A stretch of DNA of 64,000 nt, from the NCBI GenBank assembly GCA_017467565.1, contig JAFUSV010000001.1:6744-70743 (forward strand), given 5' to 3'. The position numbers were made by a program, and so were the translations under genes. Below, one piece after another: positions 8,920 to 19,117 of the stretch. The notes under the pieces are model-generated. The model had not been told where the DNA came from, made no database searches, and was given only the letters and a program-made list of their open reading frames with translations. The stretch comes from Prevotella sp. GTDB taxonomy: Bacteria > Bacteroidota > Bacteroidia > Bacteroidales > Bacteroidaceae. How positions within the stretch are numbered: position 1 is the first letter of the stretch; every line of letters begins with the position of its first letter.

Positions 8920-9983
8920 CTGACTATGATCTTTTTACCGTTGTGGATGAGGATTTGCGGGGAGTGTGAATGGTGGAGTGTGGAGTGAGGAGTGTGGAGT
9001 GTGGAGCGAGGATTGACCTTGCGTCCCTGCAGGTCGTAGTAGGGAGCATCGTCGTCGCTCGCGCCAGCCATCAGTTCGCTGATGCCCTGGGTGATGTCCT
9101 CGGCAATGCCGTCAATGTAGAAGCGCAGAGGCAGCTGGTCGTTGTTGCGCAGCACCTCTATCCAGCTCCTGAAGGCTTTCAGCGTCGTTGTTTCATGAAT
9201 CTGGGCATAGCGGCCGTCATCGTTCATCAGGTAGATGTCGCGTGATGTGGGTGTCAGGTCTTGCTTGACATAGGTTCCCTTGATGCGCATGCGTACCTGG
9301 TCCTTGTCCGACCGCAGGGCAGGGTTGTCGGGCATCTGCTGTCCGCTGGCCATCGATACGTTGGGTATCAGGTACACGGGTCCGCCGATGCGGACATTGC
9401 CGTAGGCTACCGAGGTCATTTCACCCACCTTCACGTCAGGTTCCTTGGTAGGCCGTATCAGGTAGTGGTTGCCGGCCTCTATCACCGTCTCCTCGGTATC
9501 GAGGGGGATGGTGACAAACTCCACCGTAGCCACGTCGTCCTCGGTGATGCCGCGGGCATAAGCCAGCATGGCATCCTGGCCGAATGTCTCGCGCACCTGG
9601 GTGCCAGTCATGGCGAATGGCAGTACCAGCGTGTTCCATTTGTTGAGGTTCATCCCTCGTCTCAGTGCCAGCAGTCCGTGGTCGATGCTGTAGTCTGCCG
9701 ATACCTCCGTGCTGTCTTCGCTGAGTGCAAAACGCGGCAATGCCCTGAAGCGCATACCTTTGATGTCGGCTACGTTGAGGGTGTCGCGGCCAATGATAAC
9801 CTTTCCCTCCCTGCGATGCATCATGCGTGTCTGCTCCGTCGTTACCAGGTAGTGGTATGTTCTGTTCCCCGTCATCGAGATGATGAGGTTCTTGGCGTTT
9901 TGCAATAACTGGGGGCGACTGGTCTGTGCCGTCAGCACGCCAGTCGCCATCCCTAATAATAGTGTCAGAAAAGCTTTCTTCAT
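8916..9983 (-). CDS. Secreted hypothetical protein with T9SS-like C-terminal tail
   Basis: Signal peptide, WNTLVLPF motif, tail YYDLQGRKV...ILIHNGKKIIVR. Confidence 0.8.
   Translation of the reverse strand: MKKAFLTLLLGMATGVLTAQTSRPQLLQNAKNLIISMTGNRTYHYLVTTEQTRMMHRREGKVIIGRDTLNVADIKGMRFRALPRFALSEDSTEVSADYSIDHGLLALRRGMNLNKWNTLVLPFAMTGTQVRETFGQDAMLAYARGITEDDVATVEFVTIPLDTEETVIEAGNHYLIRPTKEPDVKVGEMTSVAYGNVRIGGPVYLIPNVSMASGQQMPDNPALRSDKDQVRMRIKGTYVKQDLTPTSRDIYLMNDDGRYAQIHETTTLKAFRSWIEVLRNNDQLPLRFYIDGIAEDITQGISELMAGASDDDAPYYDLQGRKVNPRSTLHTPHSTLHHSHSPQILIHNGKKIIVR
8973..9014. repeat. Heptamer tandem repeat (GTGGAGT/GAGGAGT) x6, in frame in the tail
   Basis: Six 7-bp units encoding the NPRSTLHTPHSTLH segment. 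Confidence 0.85.
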
Positions 9984-12850
9984 TTCACGATATACTTCTT
10001 TCCGTTGTGCAGATAGATACCCTTTGTCATGCGACCGTTAGTCAGCTGGCGTCCGCTCATGTCGTAGTAGCGTCCGGCAGTGGTCTCACGGTTGTCGTAG
10101 CTGATGTCCTCGATGCCCTGTGTCAGCGACTGCGGGTCGAAGACACGGTTAATCATCTGGTTCAAACCCATGACCTCCAACATAGACAGTTCGCGGTTGT
10201 AGACCATCACTTCGTCAAAGCGTGCATCGGCACTGCCCCAGAACGAGCCGTTGCCCAGGTAGAACTCCGAGCAGCTGCTGAGCAGGTCGAGTATGAGCTT
10301 GTAGTCAAAGCCCTGCTTGGTGCTGATGGTCTTGCCGTTGAGCGAGCCGTTGAAGCGGTCGTTGCGCTTCGTAGAGCCGTTGACGTACATCGTGATGCCA
10401 CCGGAAGAGGCTGTTGCCTTCGGCGAGATGACGATGGTCACCAGGTTCCAGCGTGCCACGCTGACGTTTGTATTTTTGATGGTTTCAGGATGATTGATGT
10501 CAATCCAGTTGTTGTACACCTGATTAGCTTCGTTGGCCGTGTTGCCGTCATTGAATCCGGCATAGAGGTTGCCGGTCAGGAAGAAGCGTGCCGATCCGTT
10601 CTTGAATCCCAGCAAGGCGTCCCACAGGTTGTCTGTAGTAGGATTTACCCAGAAGGAGATGGTGGCACCCTTGTCCAATGACTGACCGAACAGCGGGTTA
10701 GGCATGGCGACATAGCTCTCCTTGCCGTTGGCTCCATAGCGTGTGTGGACGAAACCGCCGTTGCGCAGGTTGTCGCCATCCTCCAGCGAGGGAACCGTAG
10801 CCGTGCTGTTGCGCAGCAGCTGAGCCTGTTGTGATGGGTCGAGCGTATTGCTCAGGTCGTTGTTGTCGAAGGCATAGAGAGCCATGAGTCCCGACTGCCA
10901 GTCAGCCTTTGACTTGGAGTTCTCCTCCGACAGTGCCGTGACGTTGTACGTCTCGCTCCAGTAGTATGAACCCGACGAGACGCGAGCCGTCAGCGTGACA
11001 GGCGTGTTTTCGGTCAGTCCGTAGGGGTTGTAGCGTCCATATTGCGACAGCACGTCGGGGTTGCTGGATATCCATTCAATATCTACGTTGTCTACGCCAA
11101 GAGTCATGCCGTAGAGGTCGATGTTCTTAGCCACCTGCTGTCCGTCAGTGACGGGCACATCTTGGCTGGCTATCTGTACTGCCACGGCATACTTCGGGTG
11201 GAACTTGTAGCCCCATACGTTGACGCCATTGGTCGCTGTGGCAGTGAAGGCCACGCTCTTGATGGTGGAGTAGTCCATCTGCTGCTCGTAGATGACGCCC
11301 TTGTAGGTGATGCCACTCATTGTCAGAGTCAGGTAGCTCGTGCCTTCGTCTATCGACCACTTGCCAGAGTACCTGCCTGTCACGCGGCCGTCCTCGGTCA
11401 GCGTCACCTCTACGGGCACAACCTCCTCCATCTTGGCGTGGTCCATCTTGTACTTGTGTATCAGCACATTGTACGTTCCCGTCAGGTCCTCGTTGCTGAT
11501 GATCTGTCGCTCGGCCATGTCCTTGTCTGAGTACTGTTCGCCGTTGTATTCGAAGGGTGCTGCCACCAGCCATCCGTCCTTGTTCTGGAACACCTGGTGT
11601 ACGCGTATCTGGTGGCCAGCAGTACCATTGTTAAACTTCGTGTGGTAGACCAGGTAGGTGCGTCCGTCCTCGGCAGCGATGATCGAGTTGTGACCCTGTG
11701 CACACTCGCCTGTGGCCATGTGTCCCCAGTGGTTGTAGGCACCCATGATTTTCTCACCGCGTGTGTCGGCACCAGAACCGTAGTTGAGCACGTAGCCAGT
11801 GAAGATGGCCGACTTGCCCGAGGCATCCACGTAGGGGCCGTCGGGTTTCTGCGAACGGAAGATGCGCATCTCGTAGCCGCCATCTGGAGCGAAGCCGCCG
11901 TAGCTGACGAACAGGTAGTAGTAGTTGCCGATGTGCTCGATGTAGGGGCCTTCGCCCGATACATAGTAGCCGCCGCCAATCTTCTTGCCGAAGTAGGGGT
12001 CGCTGGTGACGCCGTCGCTGTTGCCATTGGTCGAGGGATAGGTGACGTCATAGTCGCGCAGTCCGTTCTCCTCGTTCAGCTGCAGCATCCAGATGCCGCC
12101 GCTCCACGAACCGTAGACCAGCCACAGTTTGCCGTCCTCGTCGTAGAAGGCTGCAGGGTCGATGGTGTGAGGCCAGCGGCGTCCCCATCCATTGCCAACG
12201 TTGTATCGGCTGGGAAGCGATGTCTGTGTGCCCAGTACCAGTTCCAGGTCGGTGTTCTTGAAACTGGTGTTCGATGCCCCGTTGAAACCCGAGATGACGA
12301 CAGGCCCTTGATAGAGGTAAGGGCCCGTGATGTTGCCGCTGGTCAGCAGGATGATGCTTGAGTTCCAGATAGGGCCGTTGATGCTTAAGTACATGCACCA
12401 CTTCTGCATCTTCTCGTTCCAGATGACGTCGGGAGCCCACATGTTGCCGTCGATGTTCCAAGGTTTTCCGTTTTCGTCGCGCCAGTCGGGATAGGCGTTC
12501 GACCACTCCATGGCGTTGAACTGCGGGAAGTCCACCTCCGCACCGCCTTTCTTCACCTTCTTCACGGCAGGCGTGACGAAGGCCTGGCTGTTGTTGTTGA
12601 GCGACCACGTAGGGTTGGCCTGCGTCCAGTTCTGCATGTCGGTGGTATAGGCTCCCGCCTTGTGCGAACCGAAGATGTAGTAGCGTTTCGTCGCAGGTTC
12701 GTAGACCACCGATGGGTCGTGAATGCTGGTCCATCGTTTCGATGTGCTCTTAATCAAGTTCTTAGCCTCGTTGACCGTGACTTCGGTCTGCGCGAAGCTC
12801 CATGAGAGTTGGCTTAATACCAACGCAAGGCTTAAAAATAGTCTTTTCAT
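9980..12850 (-). CDS. GH43 arabinanase-like glycoside hydrolase with Ig-like and LamG domains and T9SS tail
   Basis: SIHDPS, WAPDV, IDPAAF, EGPY, GHNS motifs; LamG-like FDEVMVYNRELS; YYDMSGR...NGKK tail. Confidence 0.9.
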   Translation of the reverse strand: MKRLFLSLALVLSQLSWSFAQTEVTVNEAKNLIKSTSKRWTSIHDPSVVYEPATKRYYIFGSHKAGAYTTDMQNWTQANPTWSLNNNSQAFVTPAVKKVKKGGAEVDFPQFNAMEWSNAYPDWRDENGKPWNIDGNMWAPDVIWNEKMQKWCMYLSINGPIWNSSIILLTSGNITGPYLYQGPVVISGFNGASNTSFKNTDLELVLGTQTSLPSRYNVGNGWGRRWPHTIDPAAFYDEDGKLWLVYGSWSGGIWMLQLNEENGLRDYDVTYPSTNGNSDGVTSDPYFGKKIGGGYYVSGEGPYIEHIGNYYYLFVSYGGFAPDGGYEMRIFRSQKPDGPYVDASGKSAIFTGYVLNYGSGADTRGEKIMGAYNHWGHMATGECAQGHNSIIAAEDGRTYLVYHTKFNNGTAGHQIRVHQVFQNKDGWLVAAPFEYNGEQYSDKDMAERQIISNEDLTGTYNVLIHKYKMDHAKMEEVVPVEVTLTEDGRVTGRYSGKWSIDEGTSYLTLTMSGITYKGVIYEQQMDYSTIKSVAFTATATNGVNVWGYKFHPKYAVAVQIASQDVPVTDGQQVAKNIDLYGMTLGVDNVDIEWISSNPDVLSQYGRYNPYGLTENTPVTLTARVSSGSYYWSETYNVTALSEENSKSKADWQSGLMALYAFDNNDLSNTLDPSQQAQLLRNSTATVPSLEDGDNLRNGGFVHTRYGANGKESYVAMPNPLFGQSLDKGATISFWVNPTTDNLWDALLGFKNGSARFFLTGNLYAGFNDGNTANEANQVYNNWIDINHPETIKNTNVSVARWNLVTIVISPKATASSGGITMYVNGSTKRNDRFNGSLNGKTISTKQGFDYKLILDLLSSCSEFYLGNGSFWGSADARFDEVMVYNRELSMLEVMGLNQMINRVFDPQSLTQGIEDISYDNRETTAGRYYDMSGRQLTNGRMTKGIYLHNGKKYIVK

Positions 12851-12972
12851 CGTTATCGGTATATAATTAGTTTTAGTATTTTCTGCTGCAAAGGTACGAA
12901 TTAAATATGAAAATCCTTTCCCTTTACGGAAATAATTACTATATTTGCAGGCAAAATTCTTTTTTTAAGACT

Positions 12973-13989
12973 ATGAATATAGGAGTCAAAGTGCCTGAAT
13001 GCAGTAGGCTGCTGTGCCTGCTGACGCTATTGGCATGCGGGGCTGCGGCCGTGCATGCCCAGACGGAGATGGTACGTCCACCGTTCCTGAAGCCTGGCGA
13101 CAGCATTGCCGTCATCTCGCCCTCCAGCTCGCCTGAAGAGGAGACGGTGGCTAAGGGCTGCGACATCTTGCGACAGTGGGGCTACCAGCCCGTCGTGGGT
13201 GCACATGCCCTCAACGACTATCATGGCTTTGCGGGCACGGCCGACGAGCGTACTGCCGACCTGCTGTGGGCACTGCGCGACAGCACCATCCGCGGCATCA
13301 TGTGTACCCGGGGCGGTGACGGAGCCGTGCAGGTGCTGCGGCGTGTACCGCTCAGCGAGTTCTCCCGTCATCCCAAGTGGCTGATAGGCTTCAGCGACAT
13401 CACGGCGCTGCACAGTGCCGAGGTGGCTGCCGGCGTGATGAGCATTCATGGCAGCATGTGCCATGCCATCTCGTCCATGGGTGGCTGCGATACGGTCAGC
13501 GTCACTGTGCAGCGTCTCTTGCAAGGCCAGCTGCCCACATACCGTGTGGATCATCATCCCCTCGACCAGCAGGGCGAGGCGACAGGGCGACTCGTCGGGG
13601 GCAATTTCTCTGTGCTGTGTGGCCTGGCCGGTTCCGACTATGACTGCCTGAGGCGTGCCGACGAAGGACTGATACTGTTCATCGAGGACACCGACGAATC
13701 GATGTCGAAGGTAGACCGCATGCTCCATCAGCTGGAGATTCGCGGCATCCTGCAGCGTCTGAAGGGCATCGTCGTCGGACAGTTCAATAAGTACAAGCAC
13801 CCGGAGAACGGTTTCGATGATATGTACGCTATGTTCAGTGAATATCTGCGTGAATACGATATCCCTGTATGTTATAATTTTCCTGTCGGTCATGCCCGCC
13901 TGCGCAACTTCCCCCTGGTAGAGGGATGCCGTGTCCGTCTGACGGTGGGTGCCGATGGCTCAATCCTGCAACATCTTGACGATGAATGA
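12973..13989 (+). CDS. ldcA: LD-carboxypeptidase (peptidase S66)
   Basis: LKPGDSIAVISPSS, RGGDG, IGFSDIT, GGN, FIED, FPVGH. Start moved to 12973, downstream of the TATATTTGCA promoter. Confidence 0.9.
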   Translation: MNIGVKVPECSRLLCLLTLLACGAAAVHAQTEMVRPPFLKPGDSIAVISPSSSPEEETVAKGCDILRQWGYQPVVGAHALNDYHGFAGTADERTADLLWALRDSTIRGIMCTRGGDGAVQVLRRVPLSEFSRHPKWLIGFSDITALHSAEVAAGVMSIHGSMCHAISSMGGCDTVSVTVQRLLQGQLPTYRVDHHPLDQQGEATGRLVGGNFSVLCGLAGSDYDCLRRADEGLILFIEDTDESMSKVDRMLHQLEIRGILQRLKGIVVGQFNKYKHPENGFDDMYAMFSEYLREYDIPVCYNFPVGHARLRNFPLVEGCRVRLTVGADGSILQHLDDE

Positions 13990-14719
13990 TACCCAATCAG
14001 CTACGGCACTGAGTCCCGTAGTATTTCTTTCCCTGGGTCCAGGCGACCCGGAGTTGCTGACGCTGAAGGCCGTGCGCCTGCTCAAGGAGGCCGATGCCGT
14101 CATGGTGCCGGGCACGATCAATGCTGAAGGACACCTCATGTCGCGCGCTGCCGACATCATAGAGCCGTGGTGCGAAAAGCGCAAGCAGCGTCTCTATGGG
14201 CTGCCCATGGAGCGACATCGTCAGGCTGCCATGAACGTCTATGACCAGATATACCAGGAGGTGGTCCAATTCTGCCAGCTGGGCATGCGTGTGGTCGTAG
14301 CCGTAGAGGGCGACGTCAGCATCTATGCCTCCATCCATTATGTGCTCGACCGTCTGCTGACGGCAGGCATGCCGGTAGAGCAGGTGCCGGGCATCCCGTC
14401 GTTCATAGCGGCAGCCTCGGCAGCCAGTCTGTCGCTTGTCAGTCAGCACGAGCGGCTGCTGGTGGTTCCTGGCGATGTAGATGCCGACGAGTTGTCGCAG
14501 CTCCTGGCTCATGGACATGTCGTGGTGGTGATGAAGCTGTCGGCCTGCGAGGAGGCTGTCAAGGCCTATATACAAAGAAACAAGGCCGTCGAGTGCCACT
14601 ATTTTGAGAATGTAGGTACCTCGAAAGCCTTTGATACAGGTGACAGCGACGCCATCCTGAAGCGTCGCTTCCCCTATTTTTCATTATTGATGCTCAGGGC
14701 GCGTCGCCCTGTGTCATGA
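13982..14719 (+). CDS. cbiL: Precorrin-2/cobalt-factor II C20-methyltransferase
   Basis: SLGPGDPELLTLKA, EGDVSIYAS, VPGIPSF, VVMKLS, PYFSLL. Confidence 0.85.
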   Translation: MNDTQSATALSPVVFLSLGPGDPELLTLKAVRLLKEADAVMVPGTINAEGHLMSRAADIIEPWCEKRKQRLYGLPMERHRQAAMNVYDQIYQEVVQFCQLGMRVVVAVEGDVSIYASIHYVLDRLLTAGMPVEQVPGIPSFIAAASAASLSLVSQHERLLVVPGDVDADELSQLLAHGHVVVVMKLSACEEAVKAYIQRNKAVECHYFENVGTSKAFDTGDSDAILKRRFPYFSLLMLRARRPVS

Positions 14720-15175
14720 CGTCGTTTTGAGATTGTCTATCTGCTGGTTGATGCAGGTGCTGAAGGTGACGGGATGGCGTATGTAGTCATAGCGGTTGGT
14801 AGCCTCGCCTGTGGTCACCAGCACCGTGCCGTAGCCCAGTATGCGCCCCATGATGCTCTGCTCCACCTTGATGCCCTCGCACTTGCGCAGCAGCAGTTCG
14901 AGCGACGAGCGCTTGATGATGCCGTGCTTGAAGATGATGCGGCGTGTGGTCACCACATACTGTTTGCCGCCATCGATGGCTACAGCCCAGATGAGTGCGC
15001 ACAGCCATACGCCCAGCATCAGGCAGATGCGCAGCAGCCAGCTGAAGTCGCTGATGAACAGCAGTCCGATGGCCAACAGGGCCACTAGGCCGGGGCCGAA
15101 GTAGACTATCCAGTGAAGTTTGGCCTTGGAGACCACCTTCTCGTCCTGCATCAGATGTTTCTCAATGTATCCCAT
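14714..15175 (-). CDS. Bacterial PH-domain (bPH_2) membrane protein
   Basis: Two TM segments, then YVVTTRRIIFKHGII...VEQSIMGRILGYGTV. Confidence 0.85.
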   Translation of the reverse strand: MGYIEKHLMQDEKVVSKAKLHWIVYFGPGLVALLAIGLLFISDFSWLLRICLMLGVWLCALIWAVAIDGGKQYVVTTRRIIFKHGIIKRSSLELLLRKCEGIKVEQSIMGRILGYGTVLVTTGEATNRYDYIRHPVTFSTCINQQIDNLKTTS

Positions 15176-15359
15176 AGGAAGTCGTTTTGTTTAGTGAGTA
15201 ATATATCAGAAGTTTGCTGCAAAGATAGTGGAAAGTGAGCGAAAAACCAAGCAAAAATGCAGTAATTTTCGAAAAAAACGCACAAAAACGAAAAAATCTT
15301 TCAAAAAGTGTGCGTTGTTTCACGAATATTTTGTACTTTTGTACCCGCAAAACGAAGAT

Positions 15360-15434
15360 AGGGGCATAGCCCAGTTGGTTTAGAGCGCTGCAGTCACATT
15401 GCAGAGGTCCCCGGTTCGAGCCCGGGTGTCCCTA
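15360..15434 (+). tRNA. tRNA-Val(CAC)
   Basis: Acceptor AGGGGCA/TGTCCCT, anticodon arm CTGCA-GTCACAT-TGCAG, T arm CCCGG-TTCGAGC-CCGGG, discriminator A, CCA not encoded. Confidence 0.9.
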
Positions 15435-15442
15435 CTGGAAAT

Positions 15443-15475
15443 CGGTCATTCTTAAAAAAGAGTGGCCGTTTTTTT
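15443..15475 (+). terminator. Intrinsic terminator after the tRNA
   Basis: CGGTCATTCTT...AAGAGTGGCCG hairpin followed by a T run. Confidence 0.7.
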
Positions 15476-15531
15476 GTTGGTTTAACCAATAATGATTATC
15501 TTTGCACTCGAATATGATAAGCATGGTATGT

Positions 15532-16023
15532 ATGGACAACATGACGTTTGACTTTATTCTGCGCATTCTGGTGGCGGCACTGCTGGGCGGAGCCGTCGGA
15601 CTGGAACGCGAATACCGCGACAAGGCGGCCGGATTTCGCACGCATTTCCTGGTGGCTCTTGGCTCGGCTCTGTTCATGATTATCTCAGCCTATGGCTTCA
15701 GCCAGGCACTTGTCAGCGCGGAGCATCGTCTCGACGTGTCGCGTGTGGCAGCCCAGGTCGTGTCGGGCATCGGTTTCATAGGTGCCGGCACCATCATCTT
15801 CCAGAAGAATGCCGTACGCGGCCTGACCACTGCCGCCAGTATCTGGGTGACGGCAGCCATCGGACTGGCCTGCGGTGCCGGCATGTATGTGCTGGCCGCC
15901 GTCGCCACGCTGCTGGTGTTGCTGGGACTGGAAGCCTTCAATTACTTTCTGCGTCGTTTCGACCGTCATCGCAATGCTGACGGACGGGGAACGCTGGGCG
16001 AGGAAGGAGGTGCGAGCGTATGA
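15532..16023 (+). CDS. mgtC: MgtC/SapB family membrane protein
   Basis: GLERE...AGFRTHFLVALGSA, SRVAAQVVSGIGFIGAG, VRGLTTAASIW. Confidence 0.92.
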   Translation: MDNMTFDFILRILVAALLGGAVGLEREYRDKAAGFRTHFLVALGSALFMIISAYGFSQALVSAEHRLDVSRVAAQVVSGIGFIGAGTIIFQKNAVRGLTTAASIWVTAAIGLACGAGMYVLAAVATLLVLLGLEAFNYFLRRFDRHRNADGRGTLGEEGGASV

Positions 16024-17468
16024 AGAAGCGGTACGGCATAGTACTACTGATGACCTTGATGTTGTGCGGATCGCTTTGGGCACAGGGGCCCAACGGTACG
16101 GGCAAGTACTACAAGGCGGCCAACGGCAAGTCGGGGGCTGAGCTCAAGACGGCTATGTACAGCATCATCAAGAATCCCAATGTGGTGACCTATGGCAACG
16201 GACTGAAGATGGGCTATGTGAAGACCGACACGCGCCCCGACGGCTATCTGCGCGACTTCTATTCCAACGTGACGCACTACGTGCCGGGGTCTGACATGGC
16301 GGCCGGACAGTACGAGGGGTTCAACTACAACCGCGAGCACACCGTCTGCCAGAGTTGGTTTGGCAGCGTGCCGCCCATGTACAGCGACATTGTGATGGTC
16401 ATACCTACCGACGGCTACATCAACAGCCGCCGCAACAACAATCCCTTTGGCGAGGTGACCGACCAGGAGGCACAGGTGAAGACGTCGGAAAACGGCTACA
16501 GCAAGTGGGGCGCACCCCTCCGTGGACTGCTCTATCCCGACAGCATCGCCCGCGAGGTGACTACAGTCTTCGAGCCTAACGACGAGGTGAAGGGCGACAT
16601 TGCCCGCATCTATTTCTATATGGCTACGTGCTACGAGGACCGGGCCCGGTCGTTTACCAAGGGCACCGGCAAGAATGTGTTCAATGCCGAGGGTACAGCC
16701 TACGAACCGCTGCATCCCTGGGTCATGGACATGATGATGCGGTGGGCGGCGATGGATCCCGTCGACAGCATCGAGACGGCCCGCAACGACTCGGTCTTTG
16801 TGGTGCAGGGCAACCGCAACCCTTACGTCGACTACCCCGGACTGGAGGACTACGTGTGGGGTGACAGGCGCGACGAGCCTTTCGTCTATGGCGACGGCAG
16901 CGACGACGGTGACGACGATGACGAGCACTCCACGTCGGGCACCATCCTGCTCAACAACGAGTTCTTCGGCGTAGACTGGACGGGGCAGCGTCCTTCGGGC
17001 GGCGTCACCCAGATGAAGGGGCAGAAGGGTGGCATCACCGTCACCTATGCCAAGGGCTCTTCGGGGCAGAGCATGTTCTGCAACAACCAGCAGATACGCC
17101 TCTATAAGTACAACGAGCTGACCTTCACCATCAGCGACGGCGAGTTCCTGTCCATGGACTTCAACGTGCTGAGGAACGACAACCATAAGGAGTTCTTTGC
17201 CACCAACGGCACCGTGGACGGCTACCATTGGACGGGCCACAGCAACGAAGTGCAGTTCACCGTCACCGATGGCAACGGCAACGTCCAGCTCGCCAGCGTC
17301 GACATCACGCTCAGTGGCATGCCTACCGCCGTGGAGTATGTTGCGACAGAATCGCAACACACAGTACGCGCGGCGACCTACGACCTGCAGGGCCGCCGCA
17401 TCATGGAGGGCAGCCCCCTGCGTCCTGGCATCTACATCCGGGGCGGGCGCAAGATCATCATCCGATAA
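16020..17468 (+). CDS. Secreted endonuclease I family nuclease with T9SS tail (paralog 1)
   Basis: YNREHTVCQSWF, NSRRNNNPFGEV, FEPNDEVKGDIARIYFYM, QGNRNPYVDYP; YDLQGRR tail. Confidence 0.9.
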   Translation: MKKRYGIVLLMTLMLCGSLWAQGPNGTGKYYKAANGKSGAELKTAMYSIIKNPNVVTYGNGLKMGYVKTDTRPDGYLRDFYSNVTHYVPGSDMAAGQYEGFNYNREHTVCQSWFGSVPPMYSDIVMVIPTDGYINSRRNNNPFGEVTDQEAQVKTSENGYSKWGAPLRGLLYPDSIAREVTTVFEPNDEVKGDIARIYFYMATCYEDRARSFTKGTGKNVFNAEGTAYEPLHPWVMDMMMRWAAMDPVDSIETARNDSVFVVQGNRNPYVDYPGLEDYVWGDRRDEPFVYGDGSDDGDDDDEHSTSGTILLNNEFFGVDWTGQRPSGGVTQMKGQKGGITVTYAKGSSGQSMFCNNQQIRLYKYNELTFTISDGEFLSMDFNVLRNDNHKEFFATNGTVDGYHWTGHSNEVQFTVTDGNGNVQLASVDITLSGMPTAVEYVATESQHTVRAATYDLQGRRIMEGSPLRPGIYIRGGRKIIIR

Positions 17469-17489
17469 CTATATAAAACTATCAGCTAT

Positions 17490-19109
17490 ATGAAACGACT
17501 TAAAACCTATTTGTCACTACTCATTTTCGGCCTGTTGCCGACATTCGCCCAGGGACCTAACGGCTCGGGCACCTACTATCAGGCAGCCAACGGACTGTCA
17601 GGACAGGCACTGAAGACCAAGCTCTTCACCATCATCTCCAAGAAGACACATTCGCCCAGCTACGACGAGCTGCTGGAGCTTTACAAGAAGACCGACACCC
17701 GTGCCGACGGCTATGTGCGCGACTGGTATTCCAACACCACCAAGTTCACGCACATCAAGGACAAGGCCGGCAGCTATCAGAAGGAGGGCGACGTCTACAA
17801 CCGTGAGCATACCGTGCCTCAGAGCTGGGGCCCCCCGAAGGCTGACATCGTGCACGTGGTGCCTACCGACGGCTATGTGAACAACCGCCGCAGCAACTAC
17901 CCCTTCGGCGAGGTGGGCAATGCTACCTATACGTCGAACAACGGCTACTGCAAGCTGGGCTCCTGCAAGACGGCCGGCTACAGCGGCACCGTCTTCGAGC
18001 CTAACGACGAGGTGAAGGGCGACATTGCCCGCATCTACTTCTACATGGCTACGTGCTATGAGAACGAGGCTGCGAGCTGGAGCGGTGCCTTCGGCGGCAC
18101 GAAGTATCAGCCCATGGCGCAGTGGACCTACGACATGATGGTGCGCTGGTCTAAGCTCGACCCTGTCGACGACGTGGAGCGTGCCCGCAACAACGCCATC
18201 GCCAAGAGCGACGTGCAGGGCAACCGCAACCCCTTCGTCGACTATCCCGGACTGGAAGACTACATCTGGGGTTCGAAGAAGAACGTCGCCTTCAACTATA
18301 CTAACTACGAGGGTGGGGGCGATACGCCTGTCACCGACGTGGCTCAGCCTGTCTTCTCGCCCGAGGGCGGCACCTTCACCGGCTCAGTGACCGTCAGCAT
18401 ATCGACAACGACCACCGGCGCCACCATCTACTACACCACCAACGGTGTGGATGCCAGCGAGCGTAGCCACGTCTATGACGGGCCCATCACGCTGAGCGAG
18501 ACCACCACGCTGAAGGCCATCGCCATGAAGGACGGCGAGAAGAGCTATCAGACCATTGCCACCTATACCATCACCGACGATCAGGGACAGCAGACACCGG
18601 CCGAAGGCACCATCGCACTGAATAATGTATTCTTCGGCAGCACCACGGGCACCATCTCGTCAAGAGATAATGACGAAGACCTGACGGGCACTCAGGATGG
18701 CATCACCGTGACCTATGCCTTAGGCTCGGGCGGACAGCGCTATTGCGGCCCCGATCATATCCGCATGTACGGCGGCAACAAGCTGACGGTGAGCGTCGCG
18801 CAGGGCACCATCGTCGGGCTGGAGTTCGAACTGAAAGAGTCGACGACAAAGGGCTGGAATGCCTCTACAGGTACTGTCAGCGACTATAGCTGGAGCGGCA
18901 GTGCCCAGAGCGTCACCTTCCATGTAGATGACGGCAGCGGCCATGCCAAGATCAAGAGCGTCAAGGTGAGCCTCGCGGGCAGTGGCATTGCAGTGCCGAC
19001 TGTTGCGAATGAGTCGCAACACACAGTGTACGACCTGCAGGGCCGTAAGATGCGCGCTACGCGCAAGGGCATCTACATCCGTGACGGCAAGAAGTTTGTC
19101 ATCAGATAG
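17490..19109 (+). CDS. Secreted endonuclease I family nuclease with CHB_HEX_C/Fn3-like domain and T9SS tail (paralog 2)
   Basis: YNREHTVPQSW, KGDIARIYFYM, QGNRNPFVDYP, PVFSPEGG...IYYTTNG...TLKAIA. Confidence 0.9.
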   Translation: MKRLKTYLSLLIFGLLPTFAQGPNGSGTYYQAANGLSGQALKTKLFTIISKKTHSPSYDELLELYKKTDTRADGYVRDWYSNTTKFTHIKDKAGSYQKEGDVYNREHTVPQSWGPPKADIVHVVPTDGYVNNRRSNYPFGEVGNATYTSNNGYCKLGSCKTAGYSGTVFEPNDEVKGDIARIYFYMATCYENEAASWSGAFGGTKYQPMAQWTYDMMVRWSKLDPVDDVERARNNAIAKSDVQGNRNPFVDYPGLEDYIWGSKKNVAFNYTNYEGGGDTPVTDVAQPVFSPEGGTFTGSVTVSISTTTTGATIYYTTNGVDASERSHVYDGPITLSETTTLKAIAMKDGEKSYQTIATYTITDDQGQQTPAEGTIALNNVFFGSTTGTISSRDNDEDLTGTQDGITVTYALGSGGQRYCGPDHIRMYGGNKLTVSVAQGTIVGLEFELKESTTKGWNASTGTVSDYSWSGSAQSVTFHVDDGSGHAKIKSVKVSLAGSGIAVPTVANESQHTVYDLQGRKMRATRKGIYIRDGKKFVIR

Positions 19110-19117
19110 AGGCATCC

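Noticed and set aside
15360-15434. tRNA as an integration site
   Set aside because: No adjacent integrase, no duplicated tRNA 3' end seen, and the flanks are backbone genes.
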